Shown piece by piece: positions 47,402-61,464 of a stretch of DNA of 64,000 nt. This stretch comes from Flaccisagitta enflata. Its lineage: Eukaryota. The notes below the pieces were generated by a model. That model did not search any database. It was not told the origin of the DNA and saw only the letters and a program-made list of their open reading frames with translations. The DNA is taken from assembly GCA_965153355.1 (NCBI GenBank), contig OZ231126.1, forward strand, positions 38,316,001-38,380,000. The letters are read 5' to 3'. A program made the position numbers and the translations under genes. How positions within the stretch are numbered: position 1 is the stretch's first letter; each line of letters starts with the position of its first letter.

Positions 47402-50400
47402 TAGCTCACTGCTACGGGTCCTTCTGCTCTCTTGCTCTGGCTATCACTACCTTGCCTCCTCAGCTTCTCCTTCCTCCTGATTGGCTGTTGCTCTCTCTCT
47501 CCTCTGCTACCTGCTTCATCTTCCCCGTTTGCTCTGCTCTTCCTTCCTGACTTTTGCATCCCTGGTCTAGCAGTTGGCAGAGGCTTCCCCACTCATTTCC
47601 TAGGACACACCTCTCACTTCTCCTGCTCTTTCATAAGGACCAGTGGTCGGAATGACCACGTCCCTTGAGCATTTAGGGCATCCCTTGAGTCTTCCCCCCC
47701 CTTAAGCAGTCATGACAGCGAGCTGCCTTTGCTCTGCTTAAGTCAGCTCATTTCATGGGGATTCTGGGTCTTGATATATTTCCCTTTTGCCTAGACTGAG
47801 GTTTAGCAGGACACTTATACCCGCGGGCCCTTCTCAGGTCTTCCTTCTTTAGGCAGGGCAGGGTCATCTTGGCAGGCGACTTTCTCTTTTGGTTCCCTTT
47901 TGGGCATTCTCCCATTTTGACCCCCTCTTTTCCCGTTATTATATTGGTGCATCGGCCGGGAAGCAATCAGCTTCCCCCCTTTGTTGCCCTAAGCTTTTAC
48001 TCCATCCGCCTGCCAAACCTCACTAGGAAAATGCTACATTTACTGTTTAGGTCCGATCTAGCATTGAGGAGACATTTTATCACCGGATCCTCTTTCTTTC
48101 TTTATTTCTTTCTCTCTAGGCTCAATGCTAGCCCGGCACCTGTTTTGAGGAAAACACCCACCCTTGGCGGCTGATCCGTTATGTCGGAAGCAGAAAGGTA
48201 ATCCCACCCATGCACTAGGGTAAGGACCGAGTAAGCATAGGCCTGTAGACGTAAGCCGGAAACTGGAGCCTAGAGCAGCCGGCCATGCACTAGGCCAGGC
48301 GCTAGGCCGACCCGATAATAGATTCCCCTTGGACTGTGAGTAGGACTTACAGCTGTCTGAGCTCCTACCTCATACCCCCCTCCATGAGCTTTGCATAGGC
48401 TCGGGCCCAATGGAGGAAGCGGTGCTCCTTTGAACTTGCCTTGTCGGGCTCAGTTACAAGCCCATCTCATTGCTCAATCCTGACTGAAGCTGAAAAGTTA
48501 AGATCTACGACTTCGACTCCTCATCAATCTGTCCTGACTCGTCCGGTATTTTTAACTAATCCTTAGTGGCGTAAGTCAAAGGATGTTTTATTTTTTTGTT
48601 TATCCCCACTCTTGGTAGCCTCTCCTTTCTTAACGAGGCTATCTCTATCCATGTTTATTTTGATCTTTTTCTTGGTCTAGCGTCTGTTTCCTTGTTTTTG
48701 ACTTTTGGCGTGTTGCGTTGGGCGGTTCACTTGTGCTCTGCGTTTTCTTTCCCTCCTTTATGTTTTGGGTTTTTTTGTTTTTGTTTCATAATGTTTTTTA
48801 TTTATTTTGTTTTATAGTTTTTTTTTTGTAGTTTTTTTTATTGTTTTTGTTTTCTTTTACAGGTTATGGCTTGTTATGTTTTTTTTATGTGGGTTGTTTA
48901 TTTTTTAGACTTGTGCTTGTGGTTTTTTTGTTTTTGTTCTTTATTTGTGGGAATTTTGTTTTTGGTTTGCCTGGTTTGTTGGGGTATTTTTCTGGTTTTT
49001 TTGATATCTTTGTTTTTCTTTTATTTTTTTTTGCGATTTTTGATGTTTTTGGTTTATTTTGGTATTTTTGGCACTTTTGACGTTTTTTTAATACTGGGTG
49101 ATTTTGATATGTTTGGGCTGGTTTTTTTTAGATGTTTTTTTTTTTTGAAATTCTTAATATTTCATATTTTTTATGTTGGTAAACACATTACGCTGCACCT
49201 GCGGTTCACAGGCTTGGCGGCGGCCACTTGTTCTATTCTACCGCTGGACGGGTTCTTTCATTCATGCATTACCCCTTCATTATCAAGTAAACGGCGGCGT
49301 CAGCTTGTTGCATGGCTTAAAAGCTATTTCAACAAAATCGTTAGTCTGGATTGTTTGGGTCCTGCATTTAAAAAAAAAAGAAAAAAAGGGGAAGGGTTCG
49401 TCATTAAGAAATAAAGGGAAGATCATGTTCTTCAACGACTAGGAGGGAGAAATGAAAGGACGGCGTTAGTTCACGTGTGGCAATTTGAAAAGCTTGACTG
49501 TCTTTTTATCTGTCTGTCACATTGTCTAACGCGTCCTATGTCTGTCTGTCCGTCTCTTTTTCTCTCGTCATCCCTTGCCGTGTTGGTCCGTCCGTCCCTC
49601 CGACCGTCACATTTCTAAATTCCGGGCGGTTTTTGCATTACTGCTCCTGCCCAACCGTCCGCGACTGGATTGCCGTGTATCCGGCCTTGTTTTTCTCACC
49701 AGAACGCTCGATTTTTATTGCTCATCGCTTTACCTAGCGGAAGTAGAAGAAATTTCCAGCCGCCTTCCAGTTGCGTATATACTACTCTACAACCTGAGGC
49801 TTCGGGCAGAATCATATTTTGAGGAAAGGGAAAAAAAAAAGATTCATTATTCCTTCGTTATATGCTTAATGCTACAAGAAAAACAAGGGCAAATTATCGA
49901 TTCACGTTTTGACAATACGTCCGTTTTATCTCATTTCGCGCTATTTCGGACCTGTTGGGCTGCCGAGAAAAGATTACCGGAGATTTCCTTCTTCTTTGCG
50001 TCTGTTTCACTTATTTATTCTTTGTTTTCTGTTTCTGTCTGTCCTGTAGTCTGTCTGGTTTGTGTTGCCTTGTTTTTTTTTTTTTCTGTCCGCTCTATCG
50101 TGCTCTTTTCTACCCCCCCCCCCCCCGCCCGTCTCTTCTGTCCGTTTCTTATTTGTCCTTGGTTGGCCCGTCTGTCCTCTTTTGCTGTCACGTGTCCGTC
50201 CATTCTTTTTCTCTTTTGGTTCTTTGTCTGTGTCGGCATGTCTGTTTGTCTCTTGGTCCGTTTTTTTCTGCCGTTGCACTATGGTCTGAAACGGTGTCAT
50301 CTTCAGCCAAAACCTCTGAATTATAGATTTCTTATAGAAATGCATTTTAATGATATTTGGTACAATATATATCATTTTTTTTTAATTTTGCTAAAATTTT

Positions 50401-51415
50401 TTAGTTATGATATTATACTTTGTTTATTCATTAGTGTTTAATATGTTTATGAGGTAGATATTTTTCAGATTTTCTTTTATCACTAAGAATTCTTTTTTTA
50501 AATACCAGTAATGGCGGTTATTGCTGTGAAGAAAAAAGTTGTAAGCATTGGCCACTTTCTACCAAGCTTTTGTCTTCAATCATTGTATTTTTTTTTTAAC
50601 TGCTAGATTCAATCAAGAGTAATTATATATAATGATTGCACTGAAAACCAGAGAAAAATATGATTACGCAAAATAGATCAGATGGGCTAAAATACTCAAA
50701 ATCACTCACACAGATGACTAGCTATGCTCATAGACACGCTTTCTTGTATTTGCATGCTCAAACAAGCATAGATACACTCCTTCATTGATCTAATATAGGA
50801 TCATAAAAAAAATTGAGAAAAAAAAATAGATTTGAATTTTTTCTAAATAATCTTAAAACAATCATAACTTGAAAAAAATTGGTCGTAGAGAATTCTGCTT
50901 GGTACAAAATGAAAGAGAATTATAAAATTCACTTAACCTATTCATCTCATTGGAGGCCACAATCAGCTGGATGAGATACCCATTTTACTGTAAAAAATAT
51001 ATGTTTGAATTGATAACAAAAGGAACAATATAGAAAACAAACGAAAACTGTTATTCATTATTTGAATTTACTAATCCATACAAATAGATAAAATGAAAAA
51101 ATAGATATTTGAAAAGATAAAAATTATTGAATAAATATATTTTTTTCCTTTTGTCCCATATGTTAGTTGGTTCAACCCAATGTGCAGAGAATTCGAAAAA
51201 TAAAGAGTACTTCCCTCACAGCTTGAATCTAGTTAATCCTGCATAGATTTTTACATAGGAAATTACCAAGACCTTGACATCCCCCCTGTAAGGACAAATG
51301 AAGGAACAGATGATTAAATGAATGAATGAATGAATGATTTGGTAAGTGAACATATGAAAACTGGACAAAAGTGTGAATGCGTGTTTATTGAATGATGATA
51401 ATGTTAATGGGGTTA

Positions 51416-51865
51416 CACTTTTTTTTTTTTATAAGAGACTTTTTTACAAGAGACACGAGGCTGAGATTTGCCAAAATTTTAAGAACAAATTAAGAGAATG
51501 CCCAGGCTGAGATTCAGTTTTGGAAAGTTTTTAGAAATCAACTTCAAGAGTCGTACTAAAGTAATTGACAATTATTCTAATTTTTAAGTGAAATTTGTAG
51601 TTTTTTCTAAAAAAGACTACTTTTTTTTTTTTATGTTTTTGCCTGTCAAATTAGGCAAGTTATTCAATGTTCTGTAGTAATGTACAAGTTTTTTACTAAA
51701 GATACATAGAATATCATTAAATAGTGTATCTATACACTTTTTCCTTTTTTTACGCATTGAAAAAATTAAGAACAATTTAAAAGACATTGAGCCTCAAAAC
51801 GGCAAAAAATTTAAGAGAACCCAGGCTGAGTTCAAAAAAGGTTGTCTCTTATAAAAAAAAAAGTG
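51416..51865. mobile_element. TA-flanked MITE, same group as 45758-47194
   Basis: TA|cac(t)nataagagac ... gtctcttata(a)ngtg|TA. Confidence 0.8.
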
Positions 51866-53266
51866 TACGGCATGGTCACAAATCGTGTTAATCCTTCCTT
51901 CCCTGCCTCCCCCCTTTTCCCACTTATATGTGACTTTTCACACTTGAGCATAATTGACTGAGTCAGTCCGACTGACCAATAGGCAGACAAACAAACGGAC
52001 TGACTGAGCCAAAAAGTCGGAATTGAAACAATGAAATATTCTTGACCCAAGAATATGAACATCTGATGAATACATGTGCCTCTGCGTCGACTTCTCCCTC
52101 CCTCTGATTTAATTTCTCCCTGTCCTTACTTTCTTTTTCCCTTTTCTCCGTCTCATTTCTCCTTGTCTTCCTATCTTCCTTCCTTCTCCTTTCTTTCTCG
52201 TCCTTCATCCTTCTTCTTCTTCTTCTTCTTCTTCTTCTTCTTCTTCATTAGAGATCTACCTTTGACATAGAATTAGCAAATGGGTAAAATGAATGAATGA
52301 ATGAATGAATGAATGAATGAATTAATGCGGAAACACCTGGAGGGCAAAAGGATAGTGTAAACACTTAGAAATTGACCGTTGGACATGGATTCTGTTAATG
52401 GACCAAACTCATTTTGGCTTAATTTACATATTCCAAGAACTGAAAATCCCATGAAAATCGCCCTTGGGCGGGACCGGGCGGTGATCAAACTCTTTCCCAT
52501 TTGTTCCAAACTCAATCAGCGATATAAAAGAAGCGGTCTTATGCTGTGCATTACTGTACGAAAAAAGAAAAGTATGTTTTACCGGCTCTTCATTTGCATT
52601 TTCAGGCTTATTATTTGATCACTCACTGGGGACAAAAAAATTTAGAAAAAAAGTGCGGTTTTTGGGCTGTCAGTGGAAAGCCATGTAGTAATGGGTCCTA
52701 GAGTAAAAATGTGCAAAATATCTGATTTGCACCCAAAATGAACGATTTCTGTCAACGCTCGATTTTCACAGAATCTGGAAGGCCACTGACCTCTCTGTTA
52801 ATCAGGCCTAGTAAAGACATCCCATTTGATGAAAAAACCGATACAAATGTGGATTTGGATACGTAAACATACATACTTCAATATGACAACAGAAAAAAAC
52901 GCATTTGCAAATGTCATGTTTTCACGGTTCTAGCTGAAGATTTGCCCGTAGAAACGAAAGTGCGTTGGTGCTAAGTTTCGGCCTTGGTCGTCTTTATCTT
53001 TCTATCTTCCACTTTCCATCTTTTCTTTCTTTTCTCTCTTCTTCCTTTTTTTTCCCCTCTTTCTCGCTTCTCGCTTCTCCTTCCCTCTTTTCTCTTCTTT
53101 TTTTACTCTTTCCTCCCTATTTTTCCCTCTTCTGTTCTCTCCCCCGGCCTTGTTTTTGTTACACCTTGGCGGCTCTGCCGGGGGTGGCGCTCTGGTTTGT
53201 CTGTATCTGTCGGTCTGTCGTGCCTTGTCGATCGATTTCCTCCCGCATTTGGCCCGTTTTGTCTTG

Positions 53267-54014
53267 CAGCTGAGTTTCCTACGATTCTAAGAAACGTAGG
53301 AATTCGGGTTAGAAAGCTTAGGATTCTAAGTTTCCTAGCCAACTTTACAATGGGAAATTGAGTTTTTCTCATTTTAATCCAGAAAGCGCCCCTTCAATTT
53401 TTCCAATTTTTTGGGTGGTTACTAACAACGGGAAGACATCCTGATGCCATAGAATAATAGCATCGCCACTCTACTCTAAGTTGGTGGAAAAAGTGAAAGA
53501 AAAATTTTAACCTAGGTTTCTTACGTTTCTAGGTTTTCTAAGAAGATTTTACATAGGTTTCTTAGAATTCTAGGTTTTCCAAGATTAACAATGTCAGCGA
53601 AAATGAAAATCTTTTCTAACAAAAAAGTGAATCAACCAATGAAAGGAGCAACAGATGTACAAGGAAGAAAAGATTTTTATTGTTGCTGATATTGTAAATC
53701 CTTGGAAATCTAGAATTCTAAGAAACATAAGCAGCATTTTCCTAGAAAACATAGAAACCTAAGAAATGTAGGAAGGATTTTTTCATTCACATTTTTATCT
53801 ATTTACAGCGGAGTGGCGATGCTATTCTTTTATGGCATCTGGATGTTGTGCCATCATGGACAATCACCCAAGAAAGGAGAAAAATCAAAGCCGCGCTTTT
53901 TGGGTTATAATGAAAAGACTCACTTTCCCTTTGTAAAATCAGCTAGGAAACCTAGAAACGTAAGCTTTCTAACCCAGAATCCTAGGTTTCTTAGAATCGT
54001 AGGATACCCAGCTG
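53267..54014. mobile_element. Palindromic MITE with 5-bp TSD
   Basis: cagctgagtttcctacgattctaagaaac ... gtttcttagaatcgtaggatacccagctg, with TCTTG on both flanks. Confidence 0.8.
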
Positions 54015-56054
54015 TCTTGGGTCTTGAACCTTGGCGTGGCTTATTCCGGCGGTGGCCAATGTACGGGCACTTCTGCGCCTTTCCTGTTCATTGTTAACGA
54101 TGCGGCGGTGGCAGGGGGATTGGTGTGTGTGCTCGGTGTTGGTCCTTGTTACTTATTCGGGGTAGGCTCGAACCCCAAATAGCACACCGAACGCGGGGCG
54201 AAGGTTCACAGTTTGGGGTGTTACGTAAGGGGAAATCCTGTGCGCTGGGACATCCGAGCGAAGGTTCGGAATTCCAGCTCGGGAAATTGGCGCCTGCTCG
54301 TGTTGGCGATGTATTTCGATGGCACCCTGGCCCCTGCCATCCGGGACCCAAGACGCGCGGATTTTGCTTGCTGTTAATGGGGGCCAATTGAACAGGAGGG
54401 CCCGAAGGATGGAGAGGTGCGGTGTTGGTGTTGGTGAATTTTAAAGGCCACGACGCGTTTGCTTATAGCTGGCGCACATTGCGGGTGCGGGTCTGTTTGG
54501 CTGTCAGTTTCTCCTTGTTCTGTTTTCTCTCCTCTTTTTGTCCGCGACGGAATATCATTCCGACGCGGACTATAATTCAAGGCGGGTGGGTGTCGTCGTC
54601 GTCGTTGTTGTCGTCGTTGGGGATTTTGGGGGATGGATAACTTTTTTATGCTTTGACCGATTTGGCGAACTGACAGGGTTAGCGATCTTTTGGTCATAGC
54701 GATCTTATGGAATTGGTGATCTTAAACCCCCCTCCGTCGCGGACCCATACTCTTTCAGGATTTTTCCTTCCTCTTTCCCCTTTGCGCTCTTCCCGATCTT
54801 TATCCATCGGCGGCCGTCTGTTCCGTCTATCATTCGGCCGGTTTGTCTTCTCTTTTATCTGTCTGTCTGTGATCGTTTCCGCGGTTCAGTTCTTCCGGCT
54901 TTTTCTGTCTGTACATATTCCCTCCCTCCCCCCCCCCGTACATCTAAAAAATGACCAGCGCGTGGTATATCCACTGTGGACTGATCCCATGCATTCGTCG
55001 TTGTCAGTCTTGTCGGTTTTGTCTGTTTTTTTTTTGTTGTTATTTATCCTGTTTGTTTTGTTTTTGTTTTTTCTTGCACTCCCGACGTGCTCTTCTCGAT
55101 TCAGCGGCTTCGGTCGGAATCGGACACCATCGAAAAAGGGAATCAAACGCATACATTTCTTCGCCCCTTATGGATGATAAAATATTCGGCTCATATTTTA
55201 AAGATACACCCCAATTTTTGCGCATCTCTCCAGCTTCTTCGGCCCGTTGGTTAACCGAAGGATATAGAGAAAATAGTGAAGTCTACACTATTTCGCGTTC
55301 ATGGTTCGCGTCTGCTTTAATTTGTCTGTCCCCTCTTGGGTTGTTATCTGTTCCCTTATCCGTGATAGTCTTTCTTTTTGCCCGTTTCATTTTGGTGGTT
55401 TGTCTCTCTCTTTTCTTCGTCTTCTGTCTGGTTTTTCTTTTCTCCTGAATTTGGTCGGTCCGTCCGTCTGTTTGGGGATGCTCATTAAATCCTAGCGACT
55501 GGATGATTTGGTTGAGAATACACCCAGTCAATCGATAATGAACAGTGTGCGCGCCCCTCTTTTCTATTATGTTTAGTTGTCTGTCTGTCTCCTTCGTTTG
55601 TTTGTCTTGATCTTCTCACTCTTTTATTTTTTAGCTTCCGGCGTCCCTAACGGGCAAACGCCGGATATGTTTTGAGTGCGTGTACGGCTGTTTTATGCGT
55701 TCGTTTCTTTCTATATTGGTGGTGGCTGTTTGTCATGTGGGTTTGTCTGCAAATGGTTTCTGATCGTTGACCGCGTGTTTTTTTATTGTTGTGTTTGTAT
55801 AGTTATTATTATTATTTTTGATAATGTTGTTATTTTTATTTTATTATTATTGTTTTTATTTTCATTATTGATATTTTCATTATTATTATTTTGCGTTGTT
55901 TCCATTATTGTTATTGTTTTTATTGTTGTTATTGTGATTGTTGTTGCTCTTATTGTTGTTTTTGTTATTGTTGTTTTTGTCGTTATTATATTGTTATTTG
56001 TATGTTGTTGTTTAGTGTATTGGTTCTGTTCTCATTGGGGTGGTGTCTAATACA

Positions 56055-58314
56055 GAAAACGATGAAATAGTCATAGGCGATTCCAGAATACATATGTAAA
56101 GTTTTTCATACCGTAGAATCGATCTGTGAGGTCAAAAATAGCAATTTCTGAGCAGATCATGGGCAGCAAGCTGCCCGGATCGAGCATATGGGCCCCATAA
56201 CAAGCATTTTTGCTATTTTTTTGCCTTAACAGCTCTCTAAAGGGTAATTCTGTCATTTTCTTCATGTAAACCGACTAATTTCAGGCTGAAGAATTCAATG
56301 ATAACAGTCTTAGGGGACTATGACTACTAATCTGAGATGCAACCGGCCCTGATTGAGCATATGGGCCCAAGAATGAGCATTTTGACAATTTTTAGGGTTT
56401 TTCTTTTCTTTAGAGTGAAAACTCGTTCTTTCCTTCTGTAAAGTGACTAATATGAAGCTGAAAAAAAACAAAAAACAATGATGATAGCCTGAGGGGTCTG
56501 TGACTACTACTGGGTGAAACTGGTATATGGTCAGCCCTGTACCATTGTTTTTGACCCCAAATGCACATTTTAAATCCGAATGCGCATTTTTTACTTAATT
56601 TTGACATCTTTTTAATTATCTACCTTTTATAAACGATATTAAGATCCAGTCAAATTGCTTTAATCTTTAAGTATAAACTTTAATGTTTTTTTTTTTTTAG
56701 TTTTGGACAGGCAACTTGCTCCGTCCGATTGTCTGTCTGTCCATCAGTTTGCACTGAAAATGGGCAATCGGGATACTGTGGTTGTGATTACAATTGTGAA
56801 TGTGTAATTGTGGATAGGGGGGACTTTTAATCCTTTGCCCACCCATCTGCTGTAGTGTCTATCTGTTTATCTTTAATTGTCTCTCGTAATCTGTCCATGT
56901 GTCTCTTTACAATCTTACTTGACTTTTTTGGTCCAACCATCAAAAAATTGAGAACCCATTTTATCATTCATGTCACTCACTATTTCCTTTATTATCATAT
57001 TCATCTAGATTAAGTCTCAGAATTTGAGATAGGTCTGACAGAGCTTTGTGTAGGTCAAAATATTCATGTTTCTTGTCATTTGATTATCATAATCATTTGC
57101 GGTTAGGTGAATAGTGCTTGGGAGAGGTCTGATAGAGCTTGCAATGAGCCAATATGTCTGGTACAGCAGAGTCAAAGATATTTTCATATTCTCTTTTCAT
57201 TCATTATCTCATTCATAGATGATTGAGTTGAAAGAGCTTGGGAATTGGGATAGGTCTGATAGAGCTAGGGATAGGTCTGAAAATTACTAACACCCGCGCA
57301 CCCTCTTGACTGACCCTGCCCAACCATCTGCAACTTTTGCCCTGTCTTAGGCATGTTTCAAAATGAACTGAACCAACAATACCTCAAGACATGTGTGAAT
57401 ACAGTTAAAAGGTAACAAACCTAATGGACTTAAGTGACTTTATGTAAATTAAAATGACATAAAATGACCTAGAAAGACTTAGAATGACTGAGAATGACTA
57501 TAACTGACCTTAGTGACAAAATTGAACTAATTGGCCAAACTGACTTAACATAGTTGATTATGATATAACATAGAATGACTTAGAATTGACATTATGTTAA
57601 AAAAACAAGGCCAGATACACGGCTACCCCAGTCGCGTGCGGGTGGGCAGGGGCCGTAATTGAGATCACCAGATCACTTGAGCAGGAGCAGTGAGGCCAAA
57701 AACCACAAAAACCCCAAAAAAGTAAAGTGTGACGGACTGACGGACTGACGGAATGACAAAGCGGGGTGTAGAGTCGAGTAGCACGCGACTAAAAAGTCAA
57801 GTGTGACCAATGGACGGATGAACAAAGTGGAGTGTAAAGTTGCACGCATGCGACTAACCATGGGCAAAAAAAGCTGACATTGCCTATTAGTCGCGTGCTA
57901 CGCAACTTTACACCCCGCTTTGTCGGTCCGTCCGTTGTTCCGTCCATCCGTCAATCTGTCAGTCCATTGGTCCGTCACACTTGACTTTTTTTGGGTTTTT
58001 GCGGTCTTGAACGGACTAAATGGCTTTATCATTTCTAAGTGGATTGACTCATAAAGGTCTGCTTGGGGCCCGTTTGTAGATGATAAGTTATTATTCTTGT
58101 TGAAAACAAGGAATACCATTCTCATTTGTCACTATATTTATCCCCCCCCCCATCCGACCTCTCAGGCTTCAAATCAGGCCTTCAAGGTTGGATATTGCGG
58201 AATACATTTTACCTTTGAGCAACTGTTTTTTTTTTCTTTCCATCTTTCCTTCTTTCCTTGCTTCCTTCTTTTCTGTTTTTCTCTTTCCTTCTTTTAATCT
58301 TTTTTTTCTTTTTT

Positions 58315-58352
<38 letters not shown>

Positions 58353-59385
58353 ACAGTAATTTTGTAGGGCCTGCTGTTTTTCTGACGGGCCCGCTAAATT
58401 TGATGGGAGCAGGCCCAACTGGCCCGCTAAAAAACAAGGCCGCATACACGGCTACCCTAGTCGGGTGTGGGTGGGCAGGGCCAGTGATGAAATTGACCTA
58501 CAAAGCAGTTGGGCAGTAGTTACCCCAACACTGCGTGTAAACACCCAAAAAAGCTAAGTGTGACCGACCGATGGGCAGACTGACAGACAGAGCGGGTTTT
58601 AGAGTTGCGTGCTCGCTACAAAAAATTGCTTAAGTCAGGGCTGCTTACATATTCATTCAAATGGATAGATGGACATAGCAGGATATAAAGTTGTGTGCAT
58701 GTGACTGAGAAGGCAAAAAATTGTAGGACATTTTTTCTATCTGTTAATATTGTCAAGTCAAATTACTGCAAGACAAACTTTAAAAACTATTTGAATATCA
58801 TATTTGCATCAACTTTACCAGTAGTAACAAACAGCACCTGTAAGCGGCAAAAAGACATAAATCTGCCGATATTACAAATGTTTTGGACCCCCAAAACTCA
58901 AAAAATTGTAGCAAACATTAATATAATTTGTTGTTGATATCAAATTTAAAAAAATTCAAGTCTAAAATCTATAAACAATCTTATTTTCACAAACCTAATA
59001 AGTAGAAACGGGCAAGTATTGACAAACCGTAAAATACGCAAAATCACAGATTCTGACCAATAATATGCTCATTTTAGGGCCCCTAAAACAGCATTTTTTG
59101 TGGTAAATATCTAAACATACTTCTTCTGTTGTGTATTTCAATGTATAAATACTCTAAAATCCATGGAAATTCATATTCTTTTGATGCTTACTCATAGATA
59201 CAAGCATGTGTAACTGAAGCCCAAAACATGCTCATTCAGGGCCAAATATGCTCGTTCAGGGCCACTTGCTGTCCATGATCCCGCCATATTTTGCTATTTT
59301 TGACCTCAGAATCGGATTCTACGGGTCAAAAACCCTTACTTATACATTCTGGTATCCACTGTGAAAATTATTTCGATTTCAGCAG
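56055..59385. mobile_element. Old TIR DNA transposon remnant with younger insertions
   Basis: Degenerate inverted ends ccgtagaatcgatctgtgaggtcaaaaatagcaa (~56111) and ttgctatttttgacctcagaatcggattctacgg (~59291). Confidence 0.55.
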
Positions 59386-61464
59386 CTTTTTTGCCACCGA
59401 CTAAGTCATCGCCGGTCCGTCTTTTAGCCTCTGTCCCTTCTGTATTTATTTTGTCCGTCTGTTTTGTTTACCTATCTCCGGTGGCGTAAGTCAGGAGATA
59501 TTTGTCAGTCCGTCGGTAATGTGGTTGCCGATGCTGCCATGTCAAGTTGGTCTGTCTGTCTTTTATTTTTGTGTTGTGTGTTATGTCTGTCATACACTGA
59601 TTTTAATCTTGTTGGCGAAGTTTACACTCTACACAGATGTTCCCATCCTTTTACGTCGACTGCGCGATTTACGAAGCAGGCCTCGACAGAGACGCGCGCC
59701 TCTAATTTGGGACTCAATTTCAAACTCGACTACGACGCCGCCGCCGCTTGCGTTTGTATCCTTTGTATCCTTTGTTTCTCTTTATTTATTTCTTATTTTC
59801 TGCCTCTATTTCTTCCCCTCTCTTCCCTTCTCTCTCTCTATTCTTCTTTCCTTTTCTTTCTTTTCTTCTATTTCCTTTCTCTCCCTCTCTTTCCTCTTTT
59901 GTTTTGTTTTTTTTTTTCTCTTTTCTTCCCTCTTGTTTCTTTCGCTTGCTATCCTTTGCTCTTTCTTCTCTTCTTTTCTTTTTCTTTTCTCTTTTCTTTT
60001 CTCTTTTTGTTCTTCTCTCTTTTTGTTCTTGTTTTTTCTTTGTGTTCTTTTTAGTTGCGGACACGCAACTCTATAAGAGGCTTTGTCCGTCCGTTGGTCC
60101 GTCGGTCCGTCGGTCCGTCGGTGAGCACGAGTCAAAAAGTGCGAAAACGCGCATATCCGCCCCAGCCCACCCGTCCGCAACTGGTGGCCGTGTATCCGGC
60201 CTTGTTCTTTCCTTTCTTTCCTTTCTTTTCCTTTCTTTGCTTCTTTTCTCTTTTCTTCCCTTGTCTTTGCTTTGCTTTGTTTTGCTCTTTTTTTCTCTCT
60301 CTTCCCATTGTTTTGTTTTGTTTTGTTTTTTGTCTTGTATTGTTGGTCGCGTTTTTTTTTTTGCTTGGTTTAGTTTTGTTTTTTATTTGTTTTTTATTTG
60401 TTTTTTGTTTGTTTTGTGTTCTGTTTTGTGTTCTGTTGCTTTCCTCTTTGTTTTACCGGTTTTGGTTACATACGAGTATGTACGTGATAATTTTTTTTAA
60501 ATTGTAGTCCAGCGTTGGGGCTTGGCTCTGTCAATGCCCTTGCATAGATTGATTCTCTGCTCATCTATGTTTTTCTTTCTTTTAACGTGGCATCATCTTT
60601 CATTTGCCCAGGGCTTGCTATCGTGAACACGCGTTCAACATCACAAATGGGCATGCTAACATGGACGCGCATTACGTGGCCTCTTCCTTGAGCATAGTCA
60701 TGAACCGCTCGGTTCTGACCTTTGATATTATTATTATTATCAAATTCTCTCTGCCTCTCGCTTTTTGCATTGCTCAACTGCGATCCAATTTTCTCTTCAG
60801 TCTGGAATAAAGCCTCTTTCTTTTAGCTCAATTTCTTTCTCTTTCTCTCTCAATTAATGATAATTAAGAAGCTCAGAAATTGATCAAGGACAGATCTTTA
60901 GCCAGGACGGATGATCATCATCCGGATGATCATTCGTTACTTGGCGACAACAGTGGCATTCTTTTGTCACGCGCCTTTAATTTTACATGAAAATCTCATC
61001 AAAAATTAAAACTTTTTGGACTCTTTTTTTCTCTCGTCTCACAACTTGAAAATGAAAATAAGACCGCCCGATTCCCTAGGGATGACAGGCAGTAGTGTCT
61101 TGCGATTGAAATTGTAAACGACAACAAACATTACATAAACAATCACATTATCATTTTCACACATAAAATGGATTAGTTTTGCGCTACCTCGAATTAATTC
61201 ATTAACACTCACGCATAAAATGGATTAGTTTTGCGTCATCTAAAAATAATTCATTAAACCTTCCAAACGGATTACTCTCCTATCTTTAACACCATCTGGA
61301 TATCCATCTGTAACTCCATCTGTCTACGTCATCATTCCCACCTCTACTCCTTCATACTTCCTTCCAGATCTATCATCTTTTCTTTTCGGTCATCTGGGAA
61401 ATTCGTCAACACGATTCATCTCTAACTCATCTCATCTCGACTCATCTCATCTCCAACAAAAACA

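Noticed and set aside
50277-50320. CACTA-like terminus cactatggtctgaaacgg
   Set aside because: No matching opposite terminus or TSD was located, so no element was called.
48596-60507. Numerous F/L/V-rich membrane-like ORFs
   Set aside because: Translations of T-rich low-complexity DNA and microsatellites.
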